Source of the DNA: Stegostoma tigrinum
Lineage: Eukaryota
Length of the DNA stretch: 64,000 bases
Direction of reading: 5' to 3'
Assembly: GCF_030684315.1 (NCBI RefSeq)
Contig: NC_081369.1
Location: 2,656,689 to 2,720,688, forward strand
Under the pieces are notes generated by a model. The model was not told the origin of the DNA and ran no database searches. It worked only from the letters and a program-made list of their open reading frames with translations. Of the stretch, positions 1 to 12,874 are shown in pieces; the stretch's first letter is position 1; each line of letters begins with the position of its first letter. Made by a program: the position numbers and the translations under genes.

Positions 1-159
1 CTGACAGCATCTGTGGAGAGAGAAAGAGAATGAACATTTTGAATCTGGTGTGACTTCTTCAGTTTTTATACTGCGCTTCCAAACCCTTTGAGTTTCTGCA
101 GAATTTCTGATTTTATTCTTTTGAATTTTCCACATTGTCTGGCAGAATGTAGTGATAAA

Positions 160-650
160 GCTATATTTGAACAACTTGGCTAGGGATCCCTCCACATCTG
201 GAGCACACCTCTTCAGTACTATTGCTGAACTGTTGTCAAGGGCAATAATCTTTGCAGCATTCATTGATATCATGTCAAGTGAATCAGATGAGTGAAGCTA
301 AAATCTTTGATGCTTTAGAAGCTGGTGGAGGTTGATATGCTCATCCACTGAGCACTGCTGGCTGAAGTTTATGGTAAATGACTCAATGTCACCTTTTACA
401 CTAATGTGTTGGGCTGCCACATTATTAAGGGTAAGGATATTTGTGGAGGCTCCTACTCCAGTCAGTTGTTTCATTTTTGAACTCATTTCACAACCTGGTG
501 TGACAATGCTGTAAAGTTGCCACCTGGCTGTTCGCTGTGGAATTGACGAGTCGTGTCCGTCAGTTGTTGCATATGCCATTTGGCACACAAGTATTCCAAC
601 CTGCCACAGACCGATTGGTACATAGTTCAGGAATGTAGGTGGTGAGCTCT
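160..650 (-). mobile_element. CR1/L2-clade LINE ORF2 internal fragment (degenerate)
   Basis: Minus-strand ORF 298..753 contains KQLTGVGASTNILTLN...KGDIESFTINFSQQC, resembling the EN-RT linker of shark CR1-type LINEs; boundaries approximate. Confidence 0.55.
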
Positions 651-989
651 CAGTTATTTCACAGGAATTTGACACAGAAAATAGTTGAAAAGCTTCATAA
701 AGATGCCTGCAAGTTTCACTTTGTAATGTCAGATGAACATTGTTATACATCACTGTCTGTGCCCCACCTGAGTTTTCCTATAATAGGCCTGACTCTATTC
801 ATACAATTGCCTTAAAGAACAATTCAATTCATAATGATGTTTGTTTAATTTTCTCATCTTCACTGACACTTTGGCAGATTCTCCTGACTGTTTCAAAACA
901 CTTCTCATCAATTTGTTTTTTTTTATTAACCATGCAACAATTAGCTTTATGAATCAATTTAACTGGGTAGTGTCTTTGGTCCAGCCGTC

Positions 990-1926
990 TTCAGCTGCTT
1001 TGTCAATGCCCTTCCCTCCATTGTAAAATCAGAATTGGGGATGTTCACCAATGATTGCACAATGCACAGCACCATTCACAACTCATCAGATGCTGAAGTG
1101 ACCAGGTTCAAATGCAGCAAATTCCGGACAATATCTTAACTTGGGCTGAGTGATGAGTAATATACATGCAACACAAATACCATGCAATGACCATCACAAA
1201 TAAGAGACAATCTAACCACTGCCCATTGGCTTTCAACAGTGTTGCCATCATTGAATCCCCAATGATCAACACCCTGGGTTTACCATTGACCAGAAACTCA
1301 ACTCACCACCATTGGCTACAAGAACAGGTCAGAAGCTAGGAATACTCTGATGAATAACTCAGCTCCTGGCTCCTCAAAACATGTCCACCATCTACAAAAG
1401 GCACAAGGTATGAGTGTGATAGGATACCCCCCACTTCCCTGGATGAGTGCAGCCCCAATAACACTAAAAAAAGCTTGTCACCATCCATAACAAAGCAGCC
1501 CGCTTGATTGGCACCACATCCACAAGTATCTACTCCCTCCACAACTGGCACTCAGTAGAAGCAGTGTCCACTAGCGACAAGATACTCGCCAAAGAAATTC
1601 ACCAAAGATCCTCAGATGGCACATCACAAACCCATGACCACTTCCAGTCAGAAGAACAAGGGCAGCAGATTGATGGGAACACCATCACCTTCAAGTTCCC
1701 CTCCAAGCCACTCACCATCCTGACTTAGCAATGTATCACCATTCTTTCACTGTTGCTAGTTCAAAATCCTGGAATTTCCTCCCTAAAGACATTGTGGATC
1801 AACCCACAGCAGGAGGACTGCAGCAGTTCAAGATGGCAGCTCACCACCACCTTTTCAAGGGCAACTAGGGATGGGCAAGAAGTGCTGGTCAGCCAGCGAT
1901 GCCCACATCCCACAAATGAATAAAAA
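990..1926 (+). mobile_element. CR1/L2-clade LINE 3' end (RT C-terminus plus tail)
   Basis: Degenerate RT motif (gggatgttcaccaatgattgc, GMF.DDC-like) and tail gggcaactagggatgggcaa...cccacatcccacaaatgaataaaaa, shared with copies at ~18650 (-) and ~42800 (+) and with the SINE at 14.9 kb. Confidence 0.75.
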
Positions 1927-1974
1927 TATTGTTGGAAAATTTCAGCAGGTCTGGCAGCTTGTGGAGCGAAAGTT

Positions 1975-2155
1975 GTCACAAATCACACAAAACCAGGTTA
2001 CAGCCCAACAGGTTTATTTAAAATCATAAGTTTTCGAAGCACTGCTCCTTGGTCACCTGAAACTTGTGATTTTAAATAAACCTGTTGGTCTATAACCTGG
2101 TTTTGTTTGACTTCTGACTTTGTCTACCCTAGTACGGCACAGTCATCTCCACATT
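1975..2155. mobile_element. Fold-back Penelope-like terminal fragment
   Basis: aaaccaggttacagcccaacaggtttatttaaaatcataagtttt is the imperfect reverse complement of aaacttgtgattttaaataaacctgttggtctataacctggttt. Confidence 0.5.
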
Positions 2156-2350
2156 GAGAGAAAATAGAGTTAACGTTTTGGATCCAGTAACCCTTCTCCA
2201 GAGCCAAAAATCTATTGAACTGTTTCCAAGAAAACAACTGCATCAAAGATGCATATTTATGTAAATGTTGACTTTCTCAACATCATTAACGTTCTGAAAA
2301 TAATCAAAGAAATAAACATACACCACAGCAGCAAATAGTAGTTCAGCTAC

Positions 2351-2646
2351 CTTCTTTCGCAATAGTGTATCTGACATTTGCTGGAAATGAGTTTGAAAAG
2401 TGATGCGCTTGACAAGTGTAAACTGTGTCACATGCGACTGCCTCTGACACCTCTAAAGTGCTGACAACCTGAGAGTCTGTTGATGTTTACTTGTTGTTCA
2501 TTTCTAAATCCAGTCAAGACTTTTGTATTGTCTTTGTGCCAAGTAAAATTAAAGTCTTTTGGGTAAAAGGCAGAAGCCCTGCACTATAGAATGAAAGATG
2601 CATCTTCCAATGGTACTGGTCACAATTTTCAGGGGAGCTGGTGAAG
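2351..2646 (-). pseudogene. IgSF receptor pseudogene D, C1-set exon
   Basis: AG/GT-bounded phase-1 exon reading ASPAPLKIV/..L*CRASAFYPKDFNFTWHKDNTKVLTGFRNEQ../VVSTLEVSEAVACDTVYTCQAHHFSNSFPANVRYTIAKE; close paralogue of the exon at 19966-20271; stop plus two frameshifts (296 vs 306 nt). Confidence 0.9.
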
Positions 2647-3355
2647 CTGAATTGTAAATAATAGAATTCAGATCAATCTGAACATTACAATCCTACTCCA
2701 AAGCTTCAACAATTCAATGAACAAACCATTCGCAGTTTCAGGGCACGGTTTTTTCATCAGTCATCATTATTTGCTTGGAGTAAACGTCACTTTTATCATA
2801 GTGTCCCGCACTTCACCGCCCCCGCCCAAAGCAATTGATGCACCATTTTCAAGTTCAGCAAAATTGTTTTTTTTTACTTAAATATGTATAAATTATTACA
2901 AATATATTCAGGATGTTATTTTGCATTCTTCTCGTAACAGCCGATTTGGAACTGGATTCTAGATTGTAGAATCTGCGACAGGAAGACGACAGGAATTATG
3001 TTTTCAATGAGATACCAGGATATTCAAAATCTACAATGCTGCAGATAATATTTGTATCTCTTCAAATTGTTTCCGGATGTTGAGATTAGAAAAGAAAAAT
3101 GGTTGGCTTTGAAGTTTGGTATTAACTTACTCTGCATTATGTATATTCAACTCAATTTTCAATTGAAGTGTAAATGGTAATCTTCACACTGTGGCATGTT
3201 CCTAAACGTTTCTCAGATTGTTGACAATTTCCTTCAAAAGAAGTTGAATATCCATGTGAAATATATATATATATATATATTTAGGAAAATGAATTTTAAC
3301 CATTGTCATTATTTGTTGCAGGTAAGACACCATGTTTGTCTGTGGTGACACATAC

Positions 3356-3687
3356 CATATGCAGTAAGTTGCACAGCAGTTTCTTTCCCGACCGTTCGAT
3401 GGTGACACTTGACCGCACAGTAAAATGTTTCAGTATCCAGGATAGTCACATTCAAAAGATTAAGGTAGGCTGCTTCTCCACCTCCATGAATAACTTACTG
3501 CTATCTTCCAGCAGAAAGGTATTATTATCTTCTCTCCAACGGTAAGCGACGATATTTGAATGGTTGATTTCAAAGGAGAAAGGACATAGCAGGGCAACTG
3601 ATGGACATAGCAGGGCAACTGATGAACATCTCCGCGCGGTTATTCATTTATGATCCAGCTTTACTTTGGCTGAAATGCCCATCGCAA
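3356..3687 (-). pseudogene. IgSF receptor pseudogene D, V-set exon
   Basis: VAMGISAKVKLDHK*ITARRCSSVALLC(PSVALLC)PFSFEINHSNIVAYRWREDNNTFLLEDSSKLF/GEAAYLNLLNVTILDTETFYCAVKCHHRTVGKETAVQLTAY; paralogue of V exon 18140-18448; stop, frameshift, 21-bp duplication; intact AG/GT. Confidence 0.9.
3582..3623. repeat. Exact 21-bp tandem duplication (ggacatagcagggcaactgat x2)
   Basis: Directly visible; duplicates the codons around the first V-domain Cys. Confidence 0.95.
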
Positions 3688-5153
3688 CTATGAACCAAAG
3701 ATACTCAATGAGATTAAACATTAAATACTCGAAGTGAGATTGGGTTTGGCTGCTCCTTTTTTTTCACCAGTACAGACACCTTGCTTCTCTGGGTTGTAAG
3801 CATTTTCTAATTTTGCGAAATGTCCGATGACTGTTGTTATAATAATTTGAAGGACGTGGGGATTTCGGCTGAAACTACAGCTACAGACGTATTAAAAAGA
3901 AGAAAGTTGAGCACAATTAATCCCCTCTGACTCATATAGGTCTGAAAGGACTGCGCAAGAGTGTCAGATTAACTTGTCTGAAATCCCCTTCCTCATTACT
4001 TTTCAGCATCATGTCTTTGATTGTCAGATATTGTATGTACAATTCATTCTCTGTGATTTTTCTGAGTGGCCCTTTTTACCAATAACACCCACTGAAGACA
4101 TGATGTCTGTTTGACTAATCTAATGAAGTCAATTATCAGTTGGTGTTGATTTGACTTTCTATCTTTGTACTGAGCCAATAATTGTTGTCAAATATGGTAA
4201 TCAAGTACCACCATTTATGTAAACAAAAAGTGCGGGAGATCACAGCGGGTCAGGCAGCATCGATGAAGAGAAAGCAAGATAATGTTTCACGTGGCAATGA
4301 CACTCAATCAGCTCAGAGCTTACGAATAGTCAGATCGACTCTCAACATTAACTTGTTGTCTCTGTATGGATGCTGTCTGACCCATTGTGATCACCAGCAT
4401 TTTTATTTTCAGTGCAGATTCCAGCATCTGCAGCAATTTGCTCCAACACCATTCATGTGTTTTATTCATGTGCATTCACCGTCTTTACAAATACCTGGTA
4501 ATAGCTGTCTAGATCACTTTGTTTCCTTCTGACTTGTTATTGTCCATGTGACGAAATTAACATTTAAGAGAATGTGGTTGCCGATCAAAAGTGTTTTATT
4601 TCTTGTGAGGTTCCATTCTCCTGAATTTGTTATCGTTGCTGTCATCTCGGTAGTGGGAAGTGGAAGTGTTCCAGAATACTTTGTAAGTGGCTTGACTAGA
4701 AGTTAGACATTCCCGATTCATAATATGGATCATCCATCACAGAAGACAGACCCTCTGACATGGCCCTGAATTCCAGTTACATAGTCCCTTCCTGGCAGCA
4801 CGTTGGATAGACATGAACCACATTGTCTGCACCCGTTCAAGAAGATGGCTCACCATCAGTTTCCAAAGGAACTCAACATCCAAAAAAAGCAAACATTCCG
4901 CTTTCTTGTGTATCAGCCTATTCCCAAATTGTATTTGTTGTTTGGATAGAATGCTGACAGTGGCAGTAGAGCACAAATTCCAAATACATGTTGCCGATAC
5001 TGACAGCTGAAGAAATATCTTCAGAGCCCAATGTGAGATTAAAGATAAATAAACCTTATCAATGCGGGAATGTCATAAAAGGAACTTGTGTTTTACAGAA
5101 CACACACTGTTTCTTTTTATGATTTTAACTAATTCCAGGCAAGGTTACAATTG

Positions 5154-5877
5154 GAGATAATGGGAACTGTAGATGCTGGAGAATTCCAAGATAATAAAAT
5201 GTGAGGCTGGATGCACACAGCAGGCCAAGCAGCATCTCAGGAGCACAAAAGCTGACGTTTCGGGCCTAGACCCTTCATCAGAGAGGGGGATGGGGTGAGG
5301 GTCTGGAATAAATAGGGAGAGAGGGGGAGGCGGACCAAAGATGGAGAGAAAAGAAGATAGGTGGAGAGGAGAGCATAGGTGGGGAGGTAGGGAGGGGATA
5401 GGTCAGTCCAGGGAAGACGGACAGGTCAAGGAGATGGGATGAGGTTAGTAGGTAGGAGATGGAGGTGCGGCTTGAGGTGGGAGGAAGGGATGGGTGAGAG
5501 GAAGAACAAGTTAGGGAGGCAGAGACAGGCTGGGCTGGTTTTGGGATGCAGTGGGGGGAGGGGAAGAGCTGGGCTGGTTGTGTGATGCAGTGGGGGGCGG
5601 GGACGAACTGGGTTGGTTTTGGGATGCAGCGGGAGAAGGGGAGATTTTGAAGCTGGTGAAGTCCACATTGATACCATTGGGCAGCAGGGTTCCCAAGCGG
5701 AATATGAGTTGCTGTTCCTGCAACCTTCGGGTAGCCTCATTGTGGCACTGCAGGAGGCCCATGATGGACATGTCATCTAAAGAATGGGAGGGGGAGTGGA
5801 AATGGTTTGTGACTGGGAGGTGCAGTTGTTTATTGCGAACCAAGCAGAGGTGTTCTGCAAAGCAGTCCTGAAGCCTG
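5154..5877 (-). mobile_element. Penelope-like element 3' fragment (GIY-YIG C-terminus plus terminal repeat) with 13-bp TSD
   Basis: ORF 5511..5843 HLPVTNHFHS...EQQLIFRLGTLLPNGINVDF; TSD aaggttacaattg at 5141-5153 and 5878-5890. Confidence 0.9.
5251..5285 (-). ncRNA. Minimal hammerhead ribozyme motif in Penelope terminal repeat
   Basis: Reverse complement reads ctCTGATGAagggtctaggcccGAAAcGTCagc: CUGAUGA core, stem II, GAAA, GUC cleavage triplet. Confidence 0.7.
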
Positions 5878-7380
5878 AAGGTTACAATTGAACTACTGTT
5901 TGGTTGTTGATTGTTTTGTGAAATTGCCGAGAGTATGAATCATTTTCCTTCGCATAAAAATTGATCACTAGTACGCTTTACTTTTGATTGCAATGCATAA
6001 TGATCATGTTCTTATTGTAGATCAAACACATAATGAAATCATTGGCATTTTAAAGTGCCTGTACTTGCTAATAATGTAAGCTTTCAAATACGCTAACAGA
6101 TATCTTATTAAATTTCCAGGACACAAATGACAATCTCACCAATTTTGTCTCCGTTACCAGAATTAACAAAACAGCTTTTGTTTGATGAATTCATGTCAGT
6201 CATTCATGTTGTTGTGACATGTACGTCATTGAATGTTACTGGAAGAAATACACAAATATTTGTATCACAGACATGATAGCTGTTATTTCAGTAAATCCAC
6301 TGATAAATAACACTCATCTTGATAAATATAATCATCTTACCACAGAGTGGAAGCTGAAAGAGTTCCAGTCATTTGAGAAGAAGAAAAGAGGAATCGGAGA
6401 ATTGTGGGTCAGTGAATGGCAAGATGGACACAGTTTAATAAAATAAGAACTTAGGACTACAGCAACAATCAAGACTTGGTGTTAGATTTAATTTAAATTG
6501 ATTTATTGTAATCCCATGTTGCTAATTACAGTGAAAAGTTTAGTTTTTCCAGCAGTACAGGCAGATAACAAACAAGTGCATCCAGGTGCTTAGACAGAGT
6601 GGTGCATACAGGTTATGGCTGCACAGGAGATGCATAAAGCAAGATCAATATTAGCAGGATCGGCATTATTTGAAGTTAGAGAGGTCTGTTCAGCAGTCAA
6701 ATAACAACAGGGAAGAGACTGTTCTTGAACCTGTTGGTGCATGTGTTCACAAAAAAAGACAAGAAAAATGCCTCTGGAGTTGAAAATGTGAGCATTCTGA
6801 AGAAATTGAACAAACTGAGACCACACACTGATGTAAATAAGTATAGTTGACAGTCATTAGGGAAACATGACTGTAATATGACAAATATTGTGTACTGATT
6901 ATTTATGAGTATATAATAGTCAATAAGAACAGGACACCAGGTGATGGAGGGTAGCATCCCATTGTTAGAGTTATGAACGGTTAAAAATAATCATGTTTGA
7001 AAAACCATGATGAAGAATTAGTTCGGGTAGGAAAGAGGGACAGTAGCAGAAAGAATCACCAGTGGGATTGGTCGAGAAGATAATTAACAGTAATCGCAAT
7101 GTGGGACGGAACATTCCAGATCACATATTGAGAAATAAAGTAAAAAACTGCTGTCGCTTGAAATCAGATACAAAAACAGAATTTGCTGGAAAAGCTCAAA
7201 AGGTCTGGCAGCATCAGTGAAAAGAAAGCAGAGTTAACTGTTTGGTTCCAGTGGCCATTCTTCAGAACAGATTGTAGGCAGGAAAAAGATTAGTGTATAT
7301 CTTGAAGGTCGCTTAGGAACGAGAGGAGCCATCTGCATGCATTGCGAAAGTTTTTTTTGTATTTTATCTTCATCTTAATG

Positions 7381-7700
7381 GAGCAACACAGTGGTTAGCA
7401 GTTCTGCCTCACAGTGCCAGGGATCCTGGTTTGATTCCTCAATATGTGACATTTGCACATTCTCCCCGTATCTGTTTGGGTTTCCTCGAGGGGATCTGGT
7501 TTCTTCTCACAGTTCGAAGATGACCAGCGTCGGTGGATTGGACATCACACATTGCTCATGGTATCCAGAGGATATGTAGGCTGTGTGTATTAGCTTCAGA
7601 GATAGATAAGGGTGTTAGGTCTTGGTGGGACACGCTTTGGAGGGTCAGTGTGGGCTTTATGAGCCAAATGGCCTGCTTCCACTCTGAACTTCCATAATTC
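7381..7700 (+). mobile_element. HE1-type V-SINE (tRNA-derived), diverged
   Basis: A/B-box-like head (cagtggttagca...ggtttgattcc) and V-domain tttgcacattctccccgt. Confidence 0.8.
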
Positions 7701-8539
7701 TAATCTTGTTCCCGTGGTTATATTCCTTCCATGAAGACAGCTAACTGCTCTAGCGTACAGTTTGACTTCAAACACCAGATTGTTTTAGCCAGAAATCTTC
7801 CAAAGCCATTTGATGTCAACTGAGAACCACCTTCACCCATGGGTGGCCCGAACAGTTGCAATAACCGAGACATGGGTAAAGGAAGGGCATTATTAGCAGC
7901 TCAACATAACAGGGTTTATAAGTTTCAGGCATGAATAAGGGCGATGCAAGAGAGGTTGGAACAGCTACTTGTGTGGGTAAATCTACAGCAGATGGGTGGT
8001 GGCTGGGGAGAGAGGGGGGAGAATGGTGATCAAAAATGAAATGGGGAAAGTAACGTATTGTCGATGTTTGTAATGAAGTTCAGTACCTAACTGATTTTCT
8101 ATTTGGTTTTCTGAATTAACTGGAATTTTGGTGAAATTCTGCATGAATGTTATCTAAATAGCATCATGTGATATTGATTTGCAAATGTGTGCTAAGTTTA
8201 ATACCTGTTGATGAGCCTTCAGTACATTGCACAATCCTGTAGAGATGGAAAAGCTCCTTCATGCATGAGAGACCAGCAGGAGACTACACATGTTTCTGAG
8301 AATACTAATGGCTAACTGTCCTTAGACACATTCCCACCATCTGTTAAATCTGTTGTATTTCTCATTTACTTGAGAAAAATTGAGATAACTGCACGGAGGG
8401 AGGCATGCCATCACCAAGTCCCCCTTTACTTCCATGTGCACAGTACACTGGCTGTGGTCAGCCAGCTCAGAATCAGCCTGAAGGGAAGAGATTCTAAATG
8501 CCCTGTTCATGTTTTTTTTCTTTTGTTTATAACCCCATA

Positions 8540-9438
8540 TATACAGAAGTAGTGTTTATTTTCCCCAGCGCCCATGTTGTGTGTGTGCAGGTGCAAGACT
8601 CAGTAAAAACATTACTTCTTCAAATAAATTTATTAATATCACACCACCAGTGATGTGCAGAACCCCAGCAGTGGCAATGTTCGTGTGAGAAAAATGTGAA
8701 AGGGAGGGTAGGGATCAATTCTAAACAGAATTGGAAGGGCAGATGAAGGGCCTAAGCCCCCGCGGTGCCCACTGCTCCCTAAAGGCTTCAAGAATTTCTG
8801 CGCACAACGTGTGGTCCTTTTCCAGAGAGACCCGAGCTCAAACATAGCCACGGATGAGGATCAGACAGTCAGTGCAAATGGTCCCCCCCACGGCCCGCTG
8901 CCTGGACCTGTTAATGACCTGCTTGGCCAGACCCAGGAGCAGACCCACGAGGAGATCCTGTGACCCACTTGCCCCTCTCCACACCGGGTGCCCAAAGATC
9001 AGGAGCGTGGGGCTGAAGTGCAGCCAGAAACATAAAAGGAGGGCTTTAAGATAGCTGAAAAGGGAGTGCAAATGCCCACACCCAATATCCACATGGTCAT
9101 GGCCTCCACAGTGCCACAAAATAGACTGGGCTGGGAATCCATGAAAAACCGCAATCTGCAGTTCCATGGGACTGCTGTGTGCAACACCCTGTCCCTAAGT
9201 GCCCGAGGCAAAGCGGGAGGGCTCCTGCGTAGAGAACCGTCGACTGTGGGTCCCTGCCACCCAGTAGTAAATGGGCACAGCAAGGTGTGCTCAGGCAGTG
9301 GGTGAAGGAGAAGAGGCAGTTGGTGTACAGCAGCAGCTTGCCCTGTGTAAATTGGTCAGCCAGGGCTCCCTGATTGGTGCAGGTTAACAGCTTCAGTCAA
9401 GGACCTCAATATGATTCACCTGGTTCCAATCATTACAC
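8540..9438 (-). mobile_element. Tx1-clade non-LTR retrotransposon, deleted copy
   Basis: ORF2 C-terminal motifs RVLHTAVP.N.RL..F.DSQP.LFCG and FWLHFSPTLLIFGHP...LLVGLLLGLAK.VINRSRQRA. Confidence 0.8.
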
Positions 9439-9914
9439 AAACAATCAATAAATTCTCCAGGTCACCTCATCTCTGACTTTCCTCCAACAGACCGAGACTG
9501 TCTTCCAACCTGAATATGCCCCACCCGCTTCATTCTTCCTGACCTATTTCCAGATTTTAAAATGAATGGCAACAGAGCAAAACTCTAGGTACTCAATCCC
9601 CAGTTTGCTGTGGAATGTTGTACATTTCCACCACGTGATGTTTAGAGCTATCAAGGGGTCTTTCCAATTACTGCCATTTCTCATAATCATGTTGCTTCTG
9701 AAGGTCAACATCATGAAACATCGTATCCATTCCCAAATGTATATTTTAGGATACTAGATGTAAGGTCATAATCACCTTATTCGAACCCAACGCGCTATCC
9801 AAAAACTCTCAGACTGATATCCATTATTGAATGAGCTAACATTACATTTGATCAATCAAAACATTTAGTCTCCATCAACAATACTGTTTAGCTATCACAG
9901 AGTCCATCTATTTT

Positions 9915-10385
9915 GTTTGATGATGTTGCTGGGGTTGGAATGTTTGAGCTGTTGAGAGAAGCTGAGTAGACAGGGGCCATCTTTCCTGCAGTATCAGAGA
10001 CTGAGGAGTGACCTTATAGACGTTTATAAAATCATGAGGGGCATGGGTACAGTGAACTGCAAAGGACTTTTCTCCAGGGTAGGGGTGACAAACACTTGAG
10101 GGCATGTGTTTTAGATGAGAGGAAAACCTTTAAAAGCAACTTCAGGGACAACATTTTCCCACAGAGTGTGGTGCATGTCTGGACTGAACTGCCAGACAAA
10201 GTGGTGGTGGCTGGAGCAATTCCAACATTTAAAAGGCACCTTGCTGGGTCCATGTATAGGAAGGGTTTAGAGGAATGTGGGTCAAGTACTGACAAATGGG
10301 ACTAGATTAATTTAGGACATCTGGTCGGCATGAATGAGTTGCACTGAATGGTCTGTTTGTGTGTTGTACAAGTCCATGACTCGAC
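9915..10385 (+). mobile_element. CR1 LINE 3' end
   Basis: RGDLIDVYKIMRG...FPQSVVHVWTELP...FKRHL motif and typical tail. Confidence 0.8.
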
Positions 10386-12567
10386 ACCAGGTTTTATGCA
10401 ATACTCATGGACATCTTGCAGGGGAGTAATATCAAAGAAAAGAAGAAATTCTAACCAACATCAGAAAGCAAATGCTATTCCAAGCTCAAAGGATAACTAT
10501 CTTAATTTTTATCGCTTCTTAAATAACACAGGGCTGAAATCAAGTTAAATATTGACTCAAACTTTGCGTCAGCCCCATAGTTCAGTTGCATTTAAAAATG
10601 CATTCGATGACATGTATGCAGTATGTTGTCATTTTTCCAGGTTGTTGATATGTTTGAAACCTCATGTCATTAAAAATCTGTTGCAGCAGTGTGGACAGTT
10701 ATTAGGAGCATAAATAAGGCAGATAGGGATAAACATTTCCCCTTAGTAGAGGCATCAAAGACAAGGTGCATAAATTAATGTTGAGGAGCACATGATTTAG
10801 AGGATTTAGAGGGTACAGAGGAAAACACAAAATAAATGTCATTTCAAAGAGTTGTGAGTATCTTGAGCTAACTGTCTAAAAGAGTAATAGACGTTGGAAA
10901 CCGCAAGACATTTCAGAAAAGAATTAGGTGAGTACTTGAAACCATGCAGCATACAAGGATACAGGCCAAGTGCTGGGAAATGTGATTTAAGTAAGTCAGT
11001 GCTCAATGACCAACACACACACATAATGCCAAAAGGCAGCTTTCCTTGCAGTTAAAAAAATGTGACTCTGAATCTCGCATCAGCATGTTTATTGTTTATT
11101 GTTTAGGTTTGGGACTGTTACGCCCATATCTACCTGGAGATCATCACACCATGGTTCATGTTACCGTTCAAGGGCAGTTTCATCAACAAACATCAGACTC
11201 AAATAAACTCTCCGACCTCCACCAGCTGTGGCTCTGCAATGCAGGTGTCAGATGTTTTGATGCAACGTGTAATTTATTTAAGAATGTGATAAAAATTGTA
11301 ACAATGAGAAATGAAAGTAAGCTGTTCGAATATTAGCAAAAATGTTAACTTGTGACTTTGTCAATTTTTAATTTTTTGATCATATATCATTTTTCAAAAT
11401 TAGTAAGTTTTATTCTTCAGAATGCTGAACCATAAGGGGAGGAATGTATATTTCCAGAATACCAGTGCCAGCAGTTCAAACCTAGGCAGGATGTGGTGAT
11501 GTATCTCACTTTCAGTAAAGGTGCAGTGCAGTTAAAGTGTTAAATAGGGAGGGCATTTCACAATATGTGGGTGTATTACTTGGAAGTTCCACGATTCAAC
11601 TGGTACAGAGGAAAACACAAAATAAATGTCAGAAAGGACAGATACGGTGAAACAGAATCTTTTGCCGAACATATGAAGTATAATGACTAAATGTAAAATT
11701 AGTGTTAGGGAATTCAGATCAAAATCAGTCATGATGGTGGTGTTTGAGAGGAACAAATGCATCAGAGGTAAGCATAGCAGGTGGGTGAGGAGTTATGGAG
11801 AAAGGTTGATGAGGAGCAGTGACAGGAGGTTTACGAATGAGAGGGGAAGATGGGTTGGATGGGATGAGATGTCTAAGTCTGTGGTGGGAGTGTTAGACAT
11901 TTGTACGCAGTGCTTAGTCCCTTTGGGTGAGGATCAGTTTCCTGGAGGGTCCAAGTTAAACAGATCTGGTAAGATGGAGCTGTCTCTCAGGGTGGAATGG
12001 GGTCTGTTAAACAGGAGTCAGATTTTTCATTACACAGGAGTCAAAGCAAGTTTTATTCTGATAGTTTTTTTTTCCCTTGTGACACAGAAACGTAGAGTGT
12101 AGGAGCGGGAGTAAGCCATTCCGTTCTTTGAGCGCGGTCGAATCTGTATGATCTTGGCGTATCATCCAATTCAGTCCCCTGTTCCTGCTTTCTCTCTGTA
12201 TCCAATGATCCATTAAAACCTATATCTACAGCTTCCATGTAATTCACAAGAAACAGGTACATAACAATCAGAGATAATGCTCAATAATCTCAGCATGTTT
12301 GGCAGCACCTGTGCAAACACAAAGATATCGAGTTAATATTTCCTGTCCAGTATGACTCTTCTTCAGAGCTGCTAAGTTAGCTGGAACCCCCTGAAGCCCG
12401 CGTCTATAACTCAGAGTGTGATCTGTTTCAGGGAGCTCCAGGCACCAGATGACTTCTAACTGGAAATGTAAACTTCCCAGACACTTAACACAATATCAGT
12501 AAGTCACAACTTCCAGACATCCCAGTTGCACCTAGTCACCGAGTATCCAGGGACTGGAAGAACTGAG

Positions 12568-12698
12568 ATAACAAGGTGTACTGCTAGATGAACACAGCAG
12601 GCCAAACAGCATCTTTCTCTGCTGCTTGGCCTGCTGTGCTCATCCAGCTCTACAGCTTGTTATTTTGGATTCTCCAGCATCTGCATTTCCTATTATCT
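12568..12698. mobile_element. Mini fold-back Penelope-terminus insertion
   Basis: Inverted copies of gatgaacacagcaggccaa; TSD ctggaagaactgag / ctggaaaaactgag; paralogous sites at ~14416 and ~40178 are empty. Confidence 0.8.
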
Positions 12699-12874
12699 CT
12701 GGAAAAACTGAGCTTCGTACAAATTCCCATTGGTTCTCGTGGTGTTGGTGAATGAATAAATTCAACTCGTGCTTGTTAATATGATGTTTTTTTTCCTGCA
12801 CATTTTATTACACGACATTTTACCATGCCTCAAACTGGGCATTCACCAAAGGTGATAACAAGGTGTGGAGCTGG

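Noticed and set aside
160-1926. Single 5'-inverted (twin-primed) LINE insertion
   Set aside because: Opposite-strand fragments of a similar family, but I could not identify a TSD or a clean junction, so two insertions are equally likely
2243-2293. Minus-strand acceptor followed by NVNDVEKVNIYINMHL*, containing a DAP10-like YINM motif, just after C1 exon D
   Set aside because: YINM is in phase 0 while the C1 exon ends in phase 1 (splicing would give ER*); there is no TM exon between and the intron would be only 57 bp; likely chance
5530-5632. Three ~39-bp repeats resembling a CRISPR-like or minisatellite array
   Set aside because: Internal tandem repeat of the Penelope 3' region, with no unique spacers, in vertebrate DNA
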